Of a stretch of 64,000 nt of DNA, positions 37,693-47,125 are shown in pieces (the first letter of the stretch is position 1; every line of letters begins with the position of its first letter). A program made the position numbers and the translations under genes. The stretch is from Eubacteriales bacterium (GTDB lineage Bacteria > Bacillota > Clostridia > Oscillospirales > CAG-382). The notes under the pieces are model-generated. The model had not been told where the DNA came from. It saw only the letters and a list, made by a program, of their open reading frames with translations, and did not search any database. The stretch is taken from contig JAZQGP010000047.1 in assembly GCA_045540015.1 (NCBI GenBank), positions 16,869 through 80,868 of the forward strand, written 5' to 3'.

Positions 37693-38779
37693 TTGCGCCC
37701 TCCTTGTAATCGTATACAGGTTTACTTATTCCGTTTGTGCTTATATGTTTTACATACACACTCAAAAGTCTTGCGCACTCACGCACATCACTAAGCGCCG
37801 CCGTTTCAACACTCGTGTGCATATATCTTATCGGAATAGACAGCACCGCAGTTTTAATGCCCTTGCCCATACGCGAGAGCACCTGTGCGTTAGTTCCCGT
37901 GTCACAAAGCTCAACTATCCTCTGGCAGGAAACTTCGTTTTCGCGTGCAACATCGTAAATGCGTTCTGTAAGCTCACGCGAAGTACATGCAGATAAAGAA
38001 AGTCCCGCACCCTTTTCCATTTCAAGATATGCGCCCGGCTTGCTTGTCATTTCCTTTGCAAAGTTTACATCCAGCACAATGCATTCGTCGGCATCCACAA
38101 GATTTGCACTTGCATATGCGCCTCTTGCATCTCTTTCTTCACCTGTACTGAACTGAACACAAATATTTACATTTATGTTTTCCTTTTCAGAAGCCAGCAT
38201 TTTCGCCATTTCAAGAGCAGCTGCCATGCAAATTTTATCGTCAAGTGACACAGACGCAATTCTGCTATTCAAAAGCATGTCTGTCTTCGGCAGAAACGCC
38301 GCAGGCGTACCAATAGGTATGAGCTTTTCACATTGTTCTTTTGTAAGTCCTGTGTCCGCAAAGGTGTCTGAAACCTTTGTCGAACTGTTTTCTCCGGAGA
38401 TTTTTGACAGATGAGGCGGTACCGAAGAAAAGAACGCTCTTACAGTCTCTTTCCCGTATATTTCTATTTCACATGCCGGCAAAATGGATGTATCAATACC
38501 GCCTGCATTTTCAAATCTTACAAATCCGCCTTCAAGAAGCCCTGACACAACAAAGCCGATTGTATCAAGGTGGGCATCTATCAGCAGTGTTCCCGCATTT
38601 TTGTCAGATGCATGATGCCACAGCAAAACAGAGCCTGTAGACGCAAGCTCGGCACTGTCAAAAAAACCGTCTGCATAGCCTGTTGACAAGTCACGGATTT
38701 TTTTTGCTGACATATATTCATGTCCGCTCACCGTAGGAAGCGAGCATAATGTTTTTATTAGTTTAAACAGCTCTTCCAA
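37676..38779 (-). CDS. M42 family metallopeptidase (first paralog)
   Basis: 367-aa ORF with SLPTVSGHE, AHLDTIGF, DDKICM and GEE motifs. Overlaps the next paralog by 17 nt. Confidence 0.78.
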   Translation of the reverse strand: MEELFKLIKTLCSLPTVSGHEYMSAKKIRDLSTGYADGFFDSAELASTGSVLLWHHASDKNAGTLLIDAHLDTIGFVVSGLLEGGFVRFENAGGIDTSILPACEIEIYGKETVRAFFSSVPPHLSKISGENSSTKVSDTFADTGLTKEQCEKLIPIGTPAAFLPKTDMLLNSRIASVSLDDKICMAAALEMAKMLASEKENINVNICVQFSTGEERDARGAYASANLVDADECIVLDVNFAKEMTSKPGAYLEMEKGAGLSLSACTSRELTERIYDVARENEVSCQRIVELCDTGTNAQVLSRMGKGIKTAVLSIPIRYMHTSVETAALSDVRECARLLSVYVKHISTNGISKPVYDYKEGANGRAI

Positions 38780-38828
38780 AGTTTTCGTCTCCTCAGAAAA
38801 TATCTTTTATGTCCAAATTCATCGCAAG

Positions 38829-41069
38829 TTATGCTTCATTTATTTCAGTCTGCCGGCGTTTCTGCATTTTCTCGAAAAAACGCAAAAGTCCCGTATGCCG
38901 GACCGTTCTCCTGCTGTTTTCCACCATATCACGCATAACGTCCATTCTTCCGACAAGTACCGCAAGCTTTTCCGCACGTGTAAGCGCAGTATATAGCATA
39001 TTTCTCGAAAGCAGACCCGACGGCACGCCAAAAAGAGGTATTATAACCGCGCTGTATTCGCTTCCCTGACTTTTGTGCACGGTAATGGCATACGCATGCT
39101 CAATACTGTCAAAGCAGGAATAGTCAAAGAGAGCACATCTGCCGTCGTCAAACTCAATTGTAAAGCTCTCGTCGCCTCTGTCAATTTCCGTAATAAAGCC
39201 TATATCTCCGTTGAAAACGCCGCTGCCGCTTCTTCCGCTTTCATCCATCCATTCAATATCGTAGTTGTTCTTTATCATCATAACCTTGTCTCCCTCGCGG
39301 AAAACAACGTCTTTTATTTCCTTTTCACTCTTTGCCGTTGACGGCGGATTTATAACACTCTGCAAAAGAGCATTGAGTGACACGGTTCCCGCTTCACCCT
39401 TTCGCGTAGGACAAATAATCTGTATGTCGCGAAGCGTATCGTATCCGTATGCTTTCGGAAGACGCTCGGTACATAAATCACGTACAAGCGTGCGGACATC
39501 ATTTGAATTATCGCGTTTGAGATAGAAAAAGTCTCCCTTGTTTTCAAGAAACGGCATTCTGCCCTCGTTTATGAGATGCGCGTTTGTAACAATACGGCTG
39601 TCCTGTGCCTGACGGAAAATATCCGTGAGTCTTACCGTCATAAATGCACAGCTTCTTATTATGTCGCCAAAAACCTCTCCTGCACCCACAGGCGGCAGCT
39701 GGTCGGCATCACCTATAAGTATAAGGCGCGAGCCTGGTCTTACCGCTCTCAGCAAAGAGCAGAACAGAAACACATCTACCATTGATGCTTCATCTATTAT
39801 TATTACTTCTTCGTCAAGGAAATTATCCTCGTTTCTGCGAAATTCTATTTTTTCTTCACCGCCGAAATCACATTCCAAAAGCCTGTGTATCGTCTTTGCT
39901 TCATATCCCGTTGCCACCGTCATACGCTTTGCGGCTCTTCCGGTCGGTGCCGCAAGGCAAATAGACTTTCCTATTTTTTCAAACAGCGCAATTATCGCAC
40001 GGATAACCGTTGTTTTTCCTGTACCCGGTCCTCCCGTTACAACAACAACACCACGCTCAAGAGCGCTTTTTATCGCAACTCTTTGCAAAGGCGCAAACTC
40101 AAGTCCTTTTTCTCTTTCAACGCGTTCTATTTCTTTGTCGGGATTGTCTACCGGTATATTAATAACAGCATCATCCACGAGCATGAGCTTTTCGGCTACA
40201 AACTTCTCCGTTCTGTAAACGCTTTCAAGGTAAACTATAATCTCTCCGACGGAATTTTTAACCGCAACAACTTCTCCGTTCTGCGAGAGCATTCCTATTA
40301 CGTTTTCTACAGTGTGCCTGTCCGAGCCGAGTGCAGCAGAGCTTTTTGATATAAGCGCTTCAATCGGAACACAACAGTTACCGTTTCTGTTAAGCTCAAG
40401 TGACAGCACGTATTTTACACCTGCACAAAGCCTGTCCTCGCTGTCCGTGAGAAAACCCATTTTAAGAGCCATCTGGTCTGCCCTCTCAAAGCCGATACCA
40501 TCTATTTCCTCACAGAGAAGATACGGATTTGTTCTGAGTATGTCTACAGCAGCATTTCCCCACTGCTTGTATACTTTAAGCGACATTGCAGGCGAGAGCA
40601 TTCCTTGGAAATACAGCATAACCTGACGCATTCCGTACTGCTCCTTAAAGCTCTTTGAAATGCTTTCAAGCCTCTTGGCTGTCACGCCCTTTATGTCCGA
40701 CAGCCATTCGGGATGCTCTTCTATCACCTTTAGCGTATCCTCACCGTATTTATCAACAATCCTCTTTGCCGTAACAGGTCCTATGCCTTTTATCACGCCC
40801 GAGGACAGGTATGCAAGTATTGACTCGGTTGTTGCCGGAAGCTCCTTCTGATAGCTCTCGACAACAAACTGTCTGCCGTAGGTTGTGTGGTTTGTCCATG
40901 AGCCCTGTGCACTTATATATTCTCCTTCGCAAAGCATGGGAATATTCCCGACAACAGTTACAGGCTCACCGTCGCAGTCAACAGTACATACGGTGTACCC
41001 GTTGTCGGGGTTCTGATATGTTATATTGTCAACAAGACCCTGAATCTTGCAGTTTTCAGCATGTGCCAT
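38829..41069 (-). CDS. recD2: SF1B ATP-dependent DNA helicase RecD2
   Basis: N-terminal OB-like region (GYTVCTV), HhH, Walker A GGPGTGKTT, DEASMV and a C-terminal SH3-like/2B region. Met at 41069 is preferred; the ORF is open to 41123. Confidence 0.87.
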   Translation of the reverse strand: MAHAENCKIQGLVDNITYQNPDNGYTVCTVDCDGEPVTVVGNIPMLCEGEYISAQGSWTNHTTYGRQFVVESYQKELPATTESILAYLSSGVIKGIGPVTAKRIVDKYGEDTLKVIEEHPEWLSDIKGVTAKRLESISKSFKEQYGMRQVMLYFQGMLSPAMSLKVYKQWGNAAVDILRTNPYLLCEEIDGIGFERADQMALKMGFLTDSEDRLCAGVKYVLSLELNRNGNCCVPIEALISKSSAALGSDRHTVENVIGMLSQNGEVVAVKNSVGEIIVYLESVYRTEKFVAEKLMLVDDAVINIPVDNPDKEIERVEREKGLEFAPLQRVAIKSALERGVVVVTGGPGTGKTTVIRAIIALFEKIGKSICLAAPTGRAAKRMTVATGYEAKTIHRLLECDFGGEEKIEFRRNEDNFLDEEVIIIDEASMVDVFLFCSLLRAVRPGSRLILIGDADQLPPVGAGEVFGDIIRSCAFMTVRLTDIFRQAQDSRIVTNAHLINEGRMPFLENKGDFFYLKRDNSNDVRTLVRDLCTERLPKAYGYDTLRDIQIICPTRKGEAGTVSLNALLQSVINPPSTAKSEKEIKDVVFREGDKVMMIKNNYDIEWMDESGRSGSGVFNGDIGFITEIDRGDESFTIEFDDGRCALFDYSCFDSIEHAYAITVHKSQGSEYSAVIIPLFGVPSGLLSRNMLYTALTRAEKLAVLVGRMDVMRDMVENSRRTVRHTGLLRFFEKMQKRRQTEINEA

Positions 41070-41275
41070 GTGCAGACCTGCCTTTGCGGGAATTTGCATA
41101 TCTATACTTTTACAGTATATCACATTGTACCGCCAATTTCAACCTAATTTTTAAACAAAGCCATATAATATAATACAATTTTTAAACAATATTATTATAT
41201 TGACACAGACCTGTTATACATGGTAAACTTATAACATAAAAGATTTCACATATGCTATGGCAAAGGAGATGCGAT

Positions 41276-44005
41276 ATGCAGAAATTCAACTTCGATAAAT
41301 GCTGGGAATTTACACTTGATGCAAACCTTGATGCGTATAACAACTACGGCATTTCAAAATACAGTGGCGCGACGGGTGCTGCTGCACGCTACTATCAAAA
41401 TAACAACTGGACTAAAATTAACCTTCCTCACGACTGGGCAGTAACTCTTCAAAAAGACCCTGCTGCAAATACAAATACCGGTGCTTACCCCATCTCCACT
41501 TATCACAGATACGCAACCGAAGCGCATACGGATATCGAGAAAACATACAACATTGGATGGTACAGAAAGCAGTTTGAATATGATAAAGCATGGGAAGGAA
41601 AACGCATCTTCCTTGAATTTGAGGGAGTATTCCGAAACGCCGCATATTGGGTAAACGGTGTATACATAGACACTCACTTCAGCGGATATACAAGCTTTAC
41701 CTTTGAAATTACAGACCATATTCTTCCCGATTGTATAAACTCGGTTGCCGTACGTGTTGATGCGGAACTGTCCGAAGGATGGTTTTACGAGGGTGCCGGA
41801 ATTTACAGACATGTAAATCTGTATATAGGTGAACCGGTACACTTTAAACACAATAAAACATTTGTTAAACCAAGCATCGACGGAACTGTAAATGTAAGCA
41901 CGGTTATTGTCAATGATACGCAAAACTCAGTATCTCAGGACATCACATTTGAAGTACATGATGCAGACGGCATGTGCGTTGTCAAATCGCAAGAAAGCTT
42001 TTGTGCACAGGCATACAGCGAAAAAGAGGTGTTCTCCGTCCTTAAAGTTGATAACCCGTCTCTCTGGCACGTAAACAGTCCTAACCTTTACACACTTACC
42101 ATAAGGACAGAAAATGAAGAAACAAGCGAAGTCTTCGGATTCCGTTCAATTAAACTTGATCCCGACAAAGGATTTTTCCTGAACGGAAAACCTCTCAAAA
42201 TCCGCGGAGCTTGCGTTCATCAGGATTTCGGCGGTGTAGGATCGGCGCTTTCAGACAATCTCAACAGATATAAAATTCAAAAGCTCAAGGAAATGGGCGT
42301 AAACGCATACCGCTGTTCTCACAATCCACCGTCCCCTTCACTGCTTCGAGCGTGCGACGAGCTTGGAATGTTAGTTATGGATGAAACACGAATGTTCGGA
42401 ACATCTCCCGAAGCACTTCGTCAGCTGACAAGTCTTATAGAGCGTGACAGAAACCATCCAAGTGTATTTATCTGGTGCATAGGCAACGAAGAATTCTCTG
42501 TTGAAAATATTGAATGGAGCTACCGTCTTGCTCAGAAAGCATCTCGAATAGCAAAATCTCTTGACGATACAAGACCGATAACCTATGCAGGCGACAACGG
42601 TCCAAACTTTGTCGGTGCAAACGGAGCGTCAGAAGTAAGAGGAATCAACTACATAAGAAACGGAAGCCCCGGCTGGATTGACGAGTATCATAAAGAACAC
42701 CCTCATCAGCCCATTATCGGAACAGAGGAAAGCTCATACGTTCTCAGTCGTGCAGGCGCAAAGAACGACCTTGGAAACGGCATTCTCGACTGCACGGGTG
42801 ATGTTACAATGATGTGGGGCAGCACACCAAAAGGATGGATAAAATTCGTCGAAGAAAGAGAGTGGTTCTCGGGCGCATTTATGTGGACAGGCTTTGACTA
42901 CAGAGGAGAGCCAAACCCATTTTTCACTTCAAATGCTTCTTCAAGTTTCGGCACAATCGACCTTTGCGGAATGGAAAAACCGCCCTTCTACTACTACAAA
43001 TCGTGGTGGACGGACGAGCCTGTTCTGAAAATAGCACCACACTGGGACTTTAAAGAGGGCGAAACCGCAAGCATTACGGTGTTTACAAACTGCGAAAAAG
43101 TAACGCTCTATGTCAACGGGAAGAACACAGGAATAAAAACTGTAGAAAAATTTGACGTACTCAGATGGGAAATTCCATTTGAAAAAGGAATTCTTACAGC
43201 AGAAGGGGAAAAAGACGGAAAAGTATATAAAGACGTGCTTATAACTCCCGAAAAAATAAACGCTGTCCGTGTAACCGAAATTCTCACCGCAAAAAACGAC
43301 GACGATATCGGAATTTTTCAGCTTGAAGGTGTTGACAAAAACGGCAATCTCTGCATAAATGCCATGAACGAGGTTGAAATAAAAATATCCGACGGCAAAA
43401 TAATAGGTGTCGGAAACGGAGATCCTGCAAGTTTTGATTACGAACAAAAGCCCGACAAAGAGGAAGCAAGGTTCATTCGTGTATTCGACACGGAAAAGGG
43501 CATTTATACAGTACCCGAAAAGGTTAAAAACCGCATTGAGCCTCGCTACGGTTGGTTGCAAAAAGAAGAGCCCGTAGACGGTTACGTTGACGATTACCGC
43601 ATTGTCAGTAAGTTCACCGAACAGGTTGATAAACCAAACACCTACACATACAAAGCCAAATTCAGTAATGCAGAAAAATTTGAATATATCGAATTTGAAC
43701 GTATTTCGGGAGATTCACGAATTTATCTCAACGGAGATGAAATTGGTGGGAATCCATGGATGCAACGAAACGATTGCAACAAAGTTCGTCCTTACCGCTT
43801 CTACTGTGATTTTGCAGAAGGCGAAAACGAACTAAAAGTTGTAGTTACTACAAACGAAGATTTCACGAATGTGCTTTCAGGCTATATAAAGCTGGGAAGA
43901 ATTATTGCGGATGAGCCGTGGAGAGTAAAGCTTCACTATGGTCTTGCAAGAGTTTTTGTAAAACAAAATGAAAAAACAGCTCTGAGCGCAGAGCTTGTTG
44001 ACTGA
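41276..44005 (+). CDS. glycoside hydrolase family 2 (beta-galactosidase/beta-glucuronidase-like)
   Basis: GH2 sugar-binding, Ig-like and TIM-barrel domains, with acid/base motif NHPSVFIWCIGNEE. ATG at 41276 lies after AAAGGAGA. Confidence 0.87.
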   Translation: MQKFNFDKCWEFTLDANLDAYNNYGISKYSGATGAAARYYQNNNWTKINLPHDWAVTLQKDPAANTNTGAYPISTYHRYATEAHTDIEKTYNIGWYRKQFEYDKAWEGKRIFLEFEGVFRNAAYWVNGVYIDTHFSGYTSFTFEITDHILPDCINSVAVRVDAELSEGWFYEGAGIYRHVNLYIGEPVHFKHNKTFVKPSIDGTVNVSTVIVNDTQNSVSQDITFEVHDADGMCVVKSQESFCAQAYSEKEVFSVLKVDNPSLWHVNSPNLYTLTIRTENEETSEVFGFRSIKLDPDKGFFLNGKPLKIRGACVHQDFGGVGSALSDNLNRYKIQKLKEMGVNAYRCSHNPPSPSLLRACDELGMLVMDETRMFGTSPEALRQLTSLIERDRNHPSVFIWCIGNEEFSVENIEWSYRLAQKASRIAKSLDDTRPITYAGDNGPNFVGANGASEVRGINYIRNGSPGWIDEYHKEHPHQPIIGTEESSYVLSRAGAKNDLGNGILDCTGDVTMMWGSTPKGWIKFVEEREWFSGAFMWTGFDYRGEPNPFFTSNASSSFGTIDLCGMEKPPFYYYKSWWTDEPVLKIAPHWDFKEGETASITVFTNCEKVTLYVNGKNTGIKTVEKFDVLRWEIPFEKGILTAEGEKDGKVYKDVLITPEKINAVRVTEILTAKNDDDIGIFQLEGVDKNGNLCINAMNEVEIKISDGKIIGVGNGDPASFDYEQKPDKEEARFIRVFDTEKGIYTVPEKVKNRIEPRYGWLQKEEPVDGYVDDYRIVSKFTEQVDKPNTYTYKAKFSNAEKFEYIEFERISGDSRIYLNGDEIGGNPWMQRNDCNKVRPYRFYCDFAEGENELKVVVTTNEDFTNVLSGYIKLGRIIADEPWRVKLHYGLARVFVKQNEKTALSAELVD

Positions 44006-44025
44006 TTTACCGCAATATTAAGTAA

Positions 44026-44058
44026 GCCGCCGTCCTTTCGGACGGCGGCTATGTTTTT
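44026..44058 (+). terminator. GH2 gene intrinsic terminator
   Basis: Perfect 10-bp stem GCCGCCGTCC-TTTC-GGACGGCGGC followed by TATGTTTTT. Confidence 0.85.
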
Positions 44059-44085
44059 CCGTTTCAGAACCGTTTTACCGTTTCT

Positions 44086-44132
44086 GAAAGAAAAAAGGTG
44101 CAGCAAAAGAGGAGAGTAAAAAACTGCACCTT
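44086..44132 (-). terminator. intrinsic terminator after the 41-codon ORF
   Basis: Minus strand: AAGGTGCAG-20 nt-CTGCACCTT followed by TTTTCTTTC. Confidence 0.6.
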
Positions 44133-44166
44133 AAAAAATGTAGGAACTTAGCTGTTTAATATAGTT

Positions 44167-44292
44167 TTACGCTTCACTTTCGTTTTCACCCCAAAGAGTG
44201 CTTACATCAATGAACGTATCACTTTCAAGCAGGATGTCCTCTTTAACGAGAACAACTGCATGTATTTCGGGAACAGTATAATTCTTTTTCAT
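44167..44292 (-). CDS. 41-aa peptide, RiPP-leader-like N-terminus, function unknown
   Basis: ATG lies 18 nt after the stop of the 580-aa gene and is preceded by GAAGGGATAGG. The ORF has its own terminator. Sequence: MKKNYTVPEIHAVVLVKEDILLESDTFIDVSTLWGENESEA. Confidence 0.45.
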   Translation of the reverse strand: MKKNYTVPEIHAVVLVKEDILLESDTFIDVSTLWGENESEA

Positions 44293-44310
44293 AATTTAAC
44301 CTATCCCTTC

Positions 44311-46053
44311 TTATTCCCCGGCATTAACGCCGAGAATTGTCTGAATGTATTCAGGAGCAAGAGTTGCATCCCCACCCCATTCGGCATTAACCATATTCTG
44401 TGCAACATCCTTTACGCTTCTTGCAACGGCATCACCGTAGTAAACAGTTCCGTCCTCGGTCTTGAGGTAAGGTCTGCCTACGAGAAGCATTTCATAGTCC
44501 TGGATGTTGTAGAGAACCGCAGTGTAGTATGTTCCGGGCACATCAAGGCCGAACTCCTCACCTGTCATGGAATAAACCTTGTCAAAGGAATCCTTCACAT
44601 ACGCTTTTCCTGTTACGTACTTTATGCCGTTTGTATTTGTACCGCTTTCGCTCATGGAAGCATCAAATACAAGGTTTTCATATTCGTCTTCGCTTGCAAA
44701 AGAGCTGCCAAGTGCAATGATGTAACCGTATTCAACAGCCTTTGCTTTTCTTTCGTCATCAACGTACGCCGCATATCTCATACCCTGATAATTATCAACA
44801 TCTGTACGAATCTGAGCTGCCTGAATTGTGCCGGGAGCGTAATCGGGGAATGGTTTGTAGTAGAATGCATAGCTGTCTACCTGAATGTTTGCAGTGTTTG
44901 AAACCTGCGGGAGCAGCTGGTTGAGATATCCTGCATCACTCGGTGTATAATTACAGGTTACAACATAATCTGCAAAGGTGTCGGTTAAAGTGAAGGATTT
45001 GGTTGAATCCGGCCAGTTTTTATCCTCTTCTCCTGAACCGTCAGCCTTCGGACCTCTTCCTCTGATATAGAAGGTTGCTCTATCTGTAGTGCCTTTTCTT
45101 GCACGTACAACAAGTGTGTACGTTCCGGCTGCAGCAGTTTTACCTCCGGAAATTCCGTTCCACCTCGTTCCCGAGAAAGCAACGTAATGCTTTCCGTCCT
45201 CTGCTATACCAACAGTTCCGTCTAATATAGCGGATTTTGTGGCTCCGGAGCTGTTAGACGAGTTAATAACAATTGGATCTCCGCTTACGGATGCGCCTTC
45301 GTCATACTCCTCATAGCCTTCCCAGAAAATAGTTTCGCCGTATTCGGATTTTTCATATTCCGAAGCAGCGGGTACGTACTTGTAATACATGCCCATGCTG
45401 TCAACTTCTATGTCACCGTTTAATATATTAACCAAAAGCTGATTGAAGGGCTTTGTGTCCGCTCCGTGAACATAGGTGTAAATATAATCAGTAAATGTAT
45501 CTGTTAAATTATAACCACCGCAAGCGACCTGATAAGTTCCGTCTGAAACATTGGCTCTTCTTACATAAAAGTCAATTCTTGATGTTACTCCTGCTTCTTT
45601 TGCAGATGCCGCTCTTCTCGCACGAATAACAAGGGTGTATGTTCCGGGATTCTGTGTTCCGGAAGCTCCCTGGTATTTGCCTCCCTTGGAAACAGTTGCA
45701 TACTTGATTTCGCCATCCGCATCCGCATACGCAGCAACAGCACCTTTCAAAGGACCGGCATATGTAAGTCCGGATCCGCTATTTTGGTTAAATAATGCAA
45801 AGTTCGAACTTTGTGCGTTTGTTCCGGCTTCGTAGCCTTCATAGCCTTCCCAGAATACAACTCTACCATATTTGGTAACATATTCGCTTGCCGAGGGAGT
45901 GTAATCTGCAGCAAGAGAAGCATCCTCACCTGCAGCTTGCGTGGTTGCGGTTTCCGCCGCGGATTCAACGCCGACCATGCCAATAGCGCCTGCAGGAATT
46001 GCAGAAACGAGCATGATAAGCGAGAGGGTAAGTGCTAACAATTTGTTTTTCAT
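44311..46053 (-). CDS. secreted protein (580 aa): two tandem beta-sandwich-like repeats plus a C-terminal domain shared with the 1403-aa protein
   Basis: Signal peptide MKNKLLALTLSLIMLVSAIPAGA and strong RBS AAGGAGG. Internal repeat is marked by EY..KYG..VFWEGYEGYEAG / EYEKSEYGETIFWEGYEEYDEG and GTYTLV(I/V)RAR. Confidence 0.8.
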   Translation of the reverse strand: MKNKLLALTLSLIMLVSAIPAGAIGMVGVESAAETATTQAAGEDASLAADYTPSASEYVTKYGRVVFWEGYEGYEAGTNAQSSNFALFNQNSGSGLTYAGPLKGAVAAYADADGEIKYATVSKGGKYQGASGTQNPGTYTLVIRARRAASAKEAGVTSRIDFYVRRANVSDGTYQVACGGYNLTDTFTDYIYTYVHGADTKPFNQLLVNILNGDIEVDSMGMYYKYVPAASEYEKSEYGETIFWEGYEEYDEGASVSGDPIVINSSNSSGATKSAILDGTVGIAEDGKHYVAFSGTRWNGISGGKTAAAGTYTLVVRARKGTTDRATFYIRGRGPKADGSGEEDKNWPDSTKSFTLTDTFADYVVTCNYTPSDAGYLNQLLPQVSNTANIQVDSYAFYYKPFPDYAPGTIQAAQIRTDVDNYQGMRYAAYVDDERKAKAVEYGYIIALGSSFASEDEYENLVFDASMSESGTNTNGIKYVTGKAYVKDSFDKVYSMTGEEFGLDVPGTYYTAVLYNIQDYEMLLVGRPYLKTEDGTVYYGDAVARSVKDVAQNMVNAEWGGDATLAPEYIQTILGVNAGE

Positions 46054-46424
46054 GATTTTTCCTCCTTGGTTTTTTTATTTTATAAAAACAAATTATTTGA
46101 AAACCCGTGTAACATTATATCATATGATTTTCGTACTGTAAAGTGCAAAAATTAACAATATAATTAAGATTTTTAAAACATTCTTCATTTTCAAAGCAGA
46201 AATCAATACCTTCAGCGCATTACGTTCACATTGCGTTAAAATTTTCTGTTTAGATGTTTAATTGTAGCATAAAGTAATTAAAATGTAAATGTATATTTCG
46301 GCTAATTATATGTGTTTTTCGGAAAATCGTCTGTTTTTCTCTGTTGCTCATCTCTCAAACTCGGGCTAAAAATCGGCGGAAGCATTTAACAGTAACAAAA
46401 AGAACATAATATCACCCGCTTTGC

Positions 46425-46453
46425 TTGACAGAAGTGCAAAACCGTGGTATAAT
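46425..46453 (+). promoter_or_regulatory. candidate ruvC promoter
   Basis: TTGACA, 17-nt spacer, TATAAT, with TGg extended -10. Confidence 0.65.
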
Positions 46454-46484
46454 TTAATGGAATATTGCTATGAAGGAGACTGAT

Positions 46485-46979
46485 ATGAGAGTAATGGGAA
46501 TAGACCCGGGACTTGCCACAGTCGGTTTCGGCATAGTCGAAAGTGCGGGGACATTTGATTTTAAGCCTATAGAGTTTGGCGCGGTGCTCACTCCTGCCGG
46601 CAAAAAAACAGAGGACAGACTGCTTGAAATATACTCAAATATAGATGAGCTTGTAACAACCTTCCATCCCGACGCTGTATCAATAGAAAAGCTGTTTTTC
46701 AATACAAACGAGAAAACTGCAATAAACGTTGCCGAAGCAAGAGGAGTTATATTGCTTGCGGTAAGAAAAAACAACGTTCCCATTTACGAATACACGCCGC
46801 TTCAGATAAAGCAGGCTCTAACCGGCTACGGCAGAGCCGAAAAAAAGCAGATAATGTATATGGTTAAAACGCTTTTGAGGCTTGAGAGCGAGCCTCGTCC
46901 CGATGACACAGCCGATGCTCTTGCCGCTGCAATCTGCCACATCTACAGTGCATCCTCACGTCTTTTCGGAATCAACTGA
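46485..46979 (+). CDS. ruvC: crossover junction endodeoxyribonuclease RuvC
   Basis: MRVMGIDPGLATVGFG N-terminus, with catalytic D/E/D residues conserved. ATG at 46485 lies after AAGGAGA. Confidence 0.9.
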   Translation: MRVMGIDPGLATVGFGIVESAGTFDFKPIEFGAVLTPAGKKTEDRLLEIYSNIDELVTTFHPDAVSIEKLFFNTNEKTAINVAEARGVILLAVRKNNVPIYEYTPLQIKQALTGYGRAEKKQIMYMVKTLLRLESEPRPDDTADALAAAICHIYSASSRLFGIN

Positions 46980-47125
46980 CGCACGTAAAAAACGGTATAT
47001 ATAGCATATATATAAATTAAATGGAGAAAATCGAAGAAGCTCCACCTTAATAATGCCGGGCATTATTATGTTCTTCTCTCCGTTTCAAAATTCTCAAGGA
47101 AAGGAGGCAGCCGCCGGAAGGCTCG

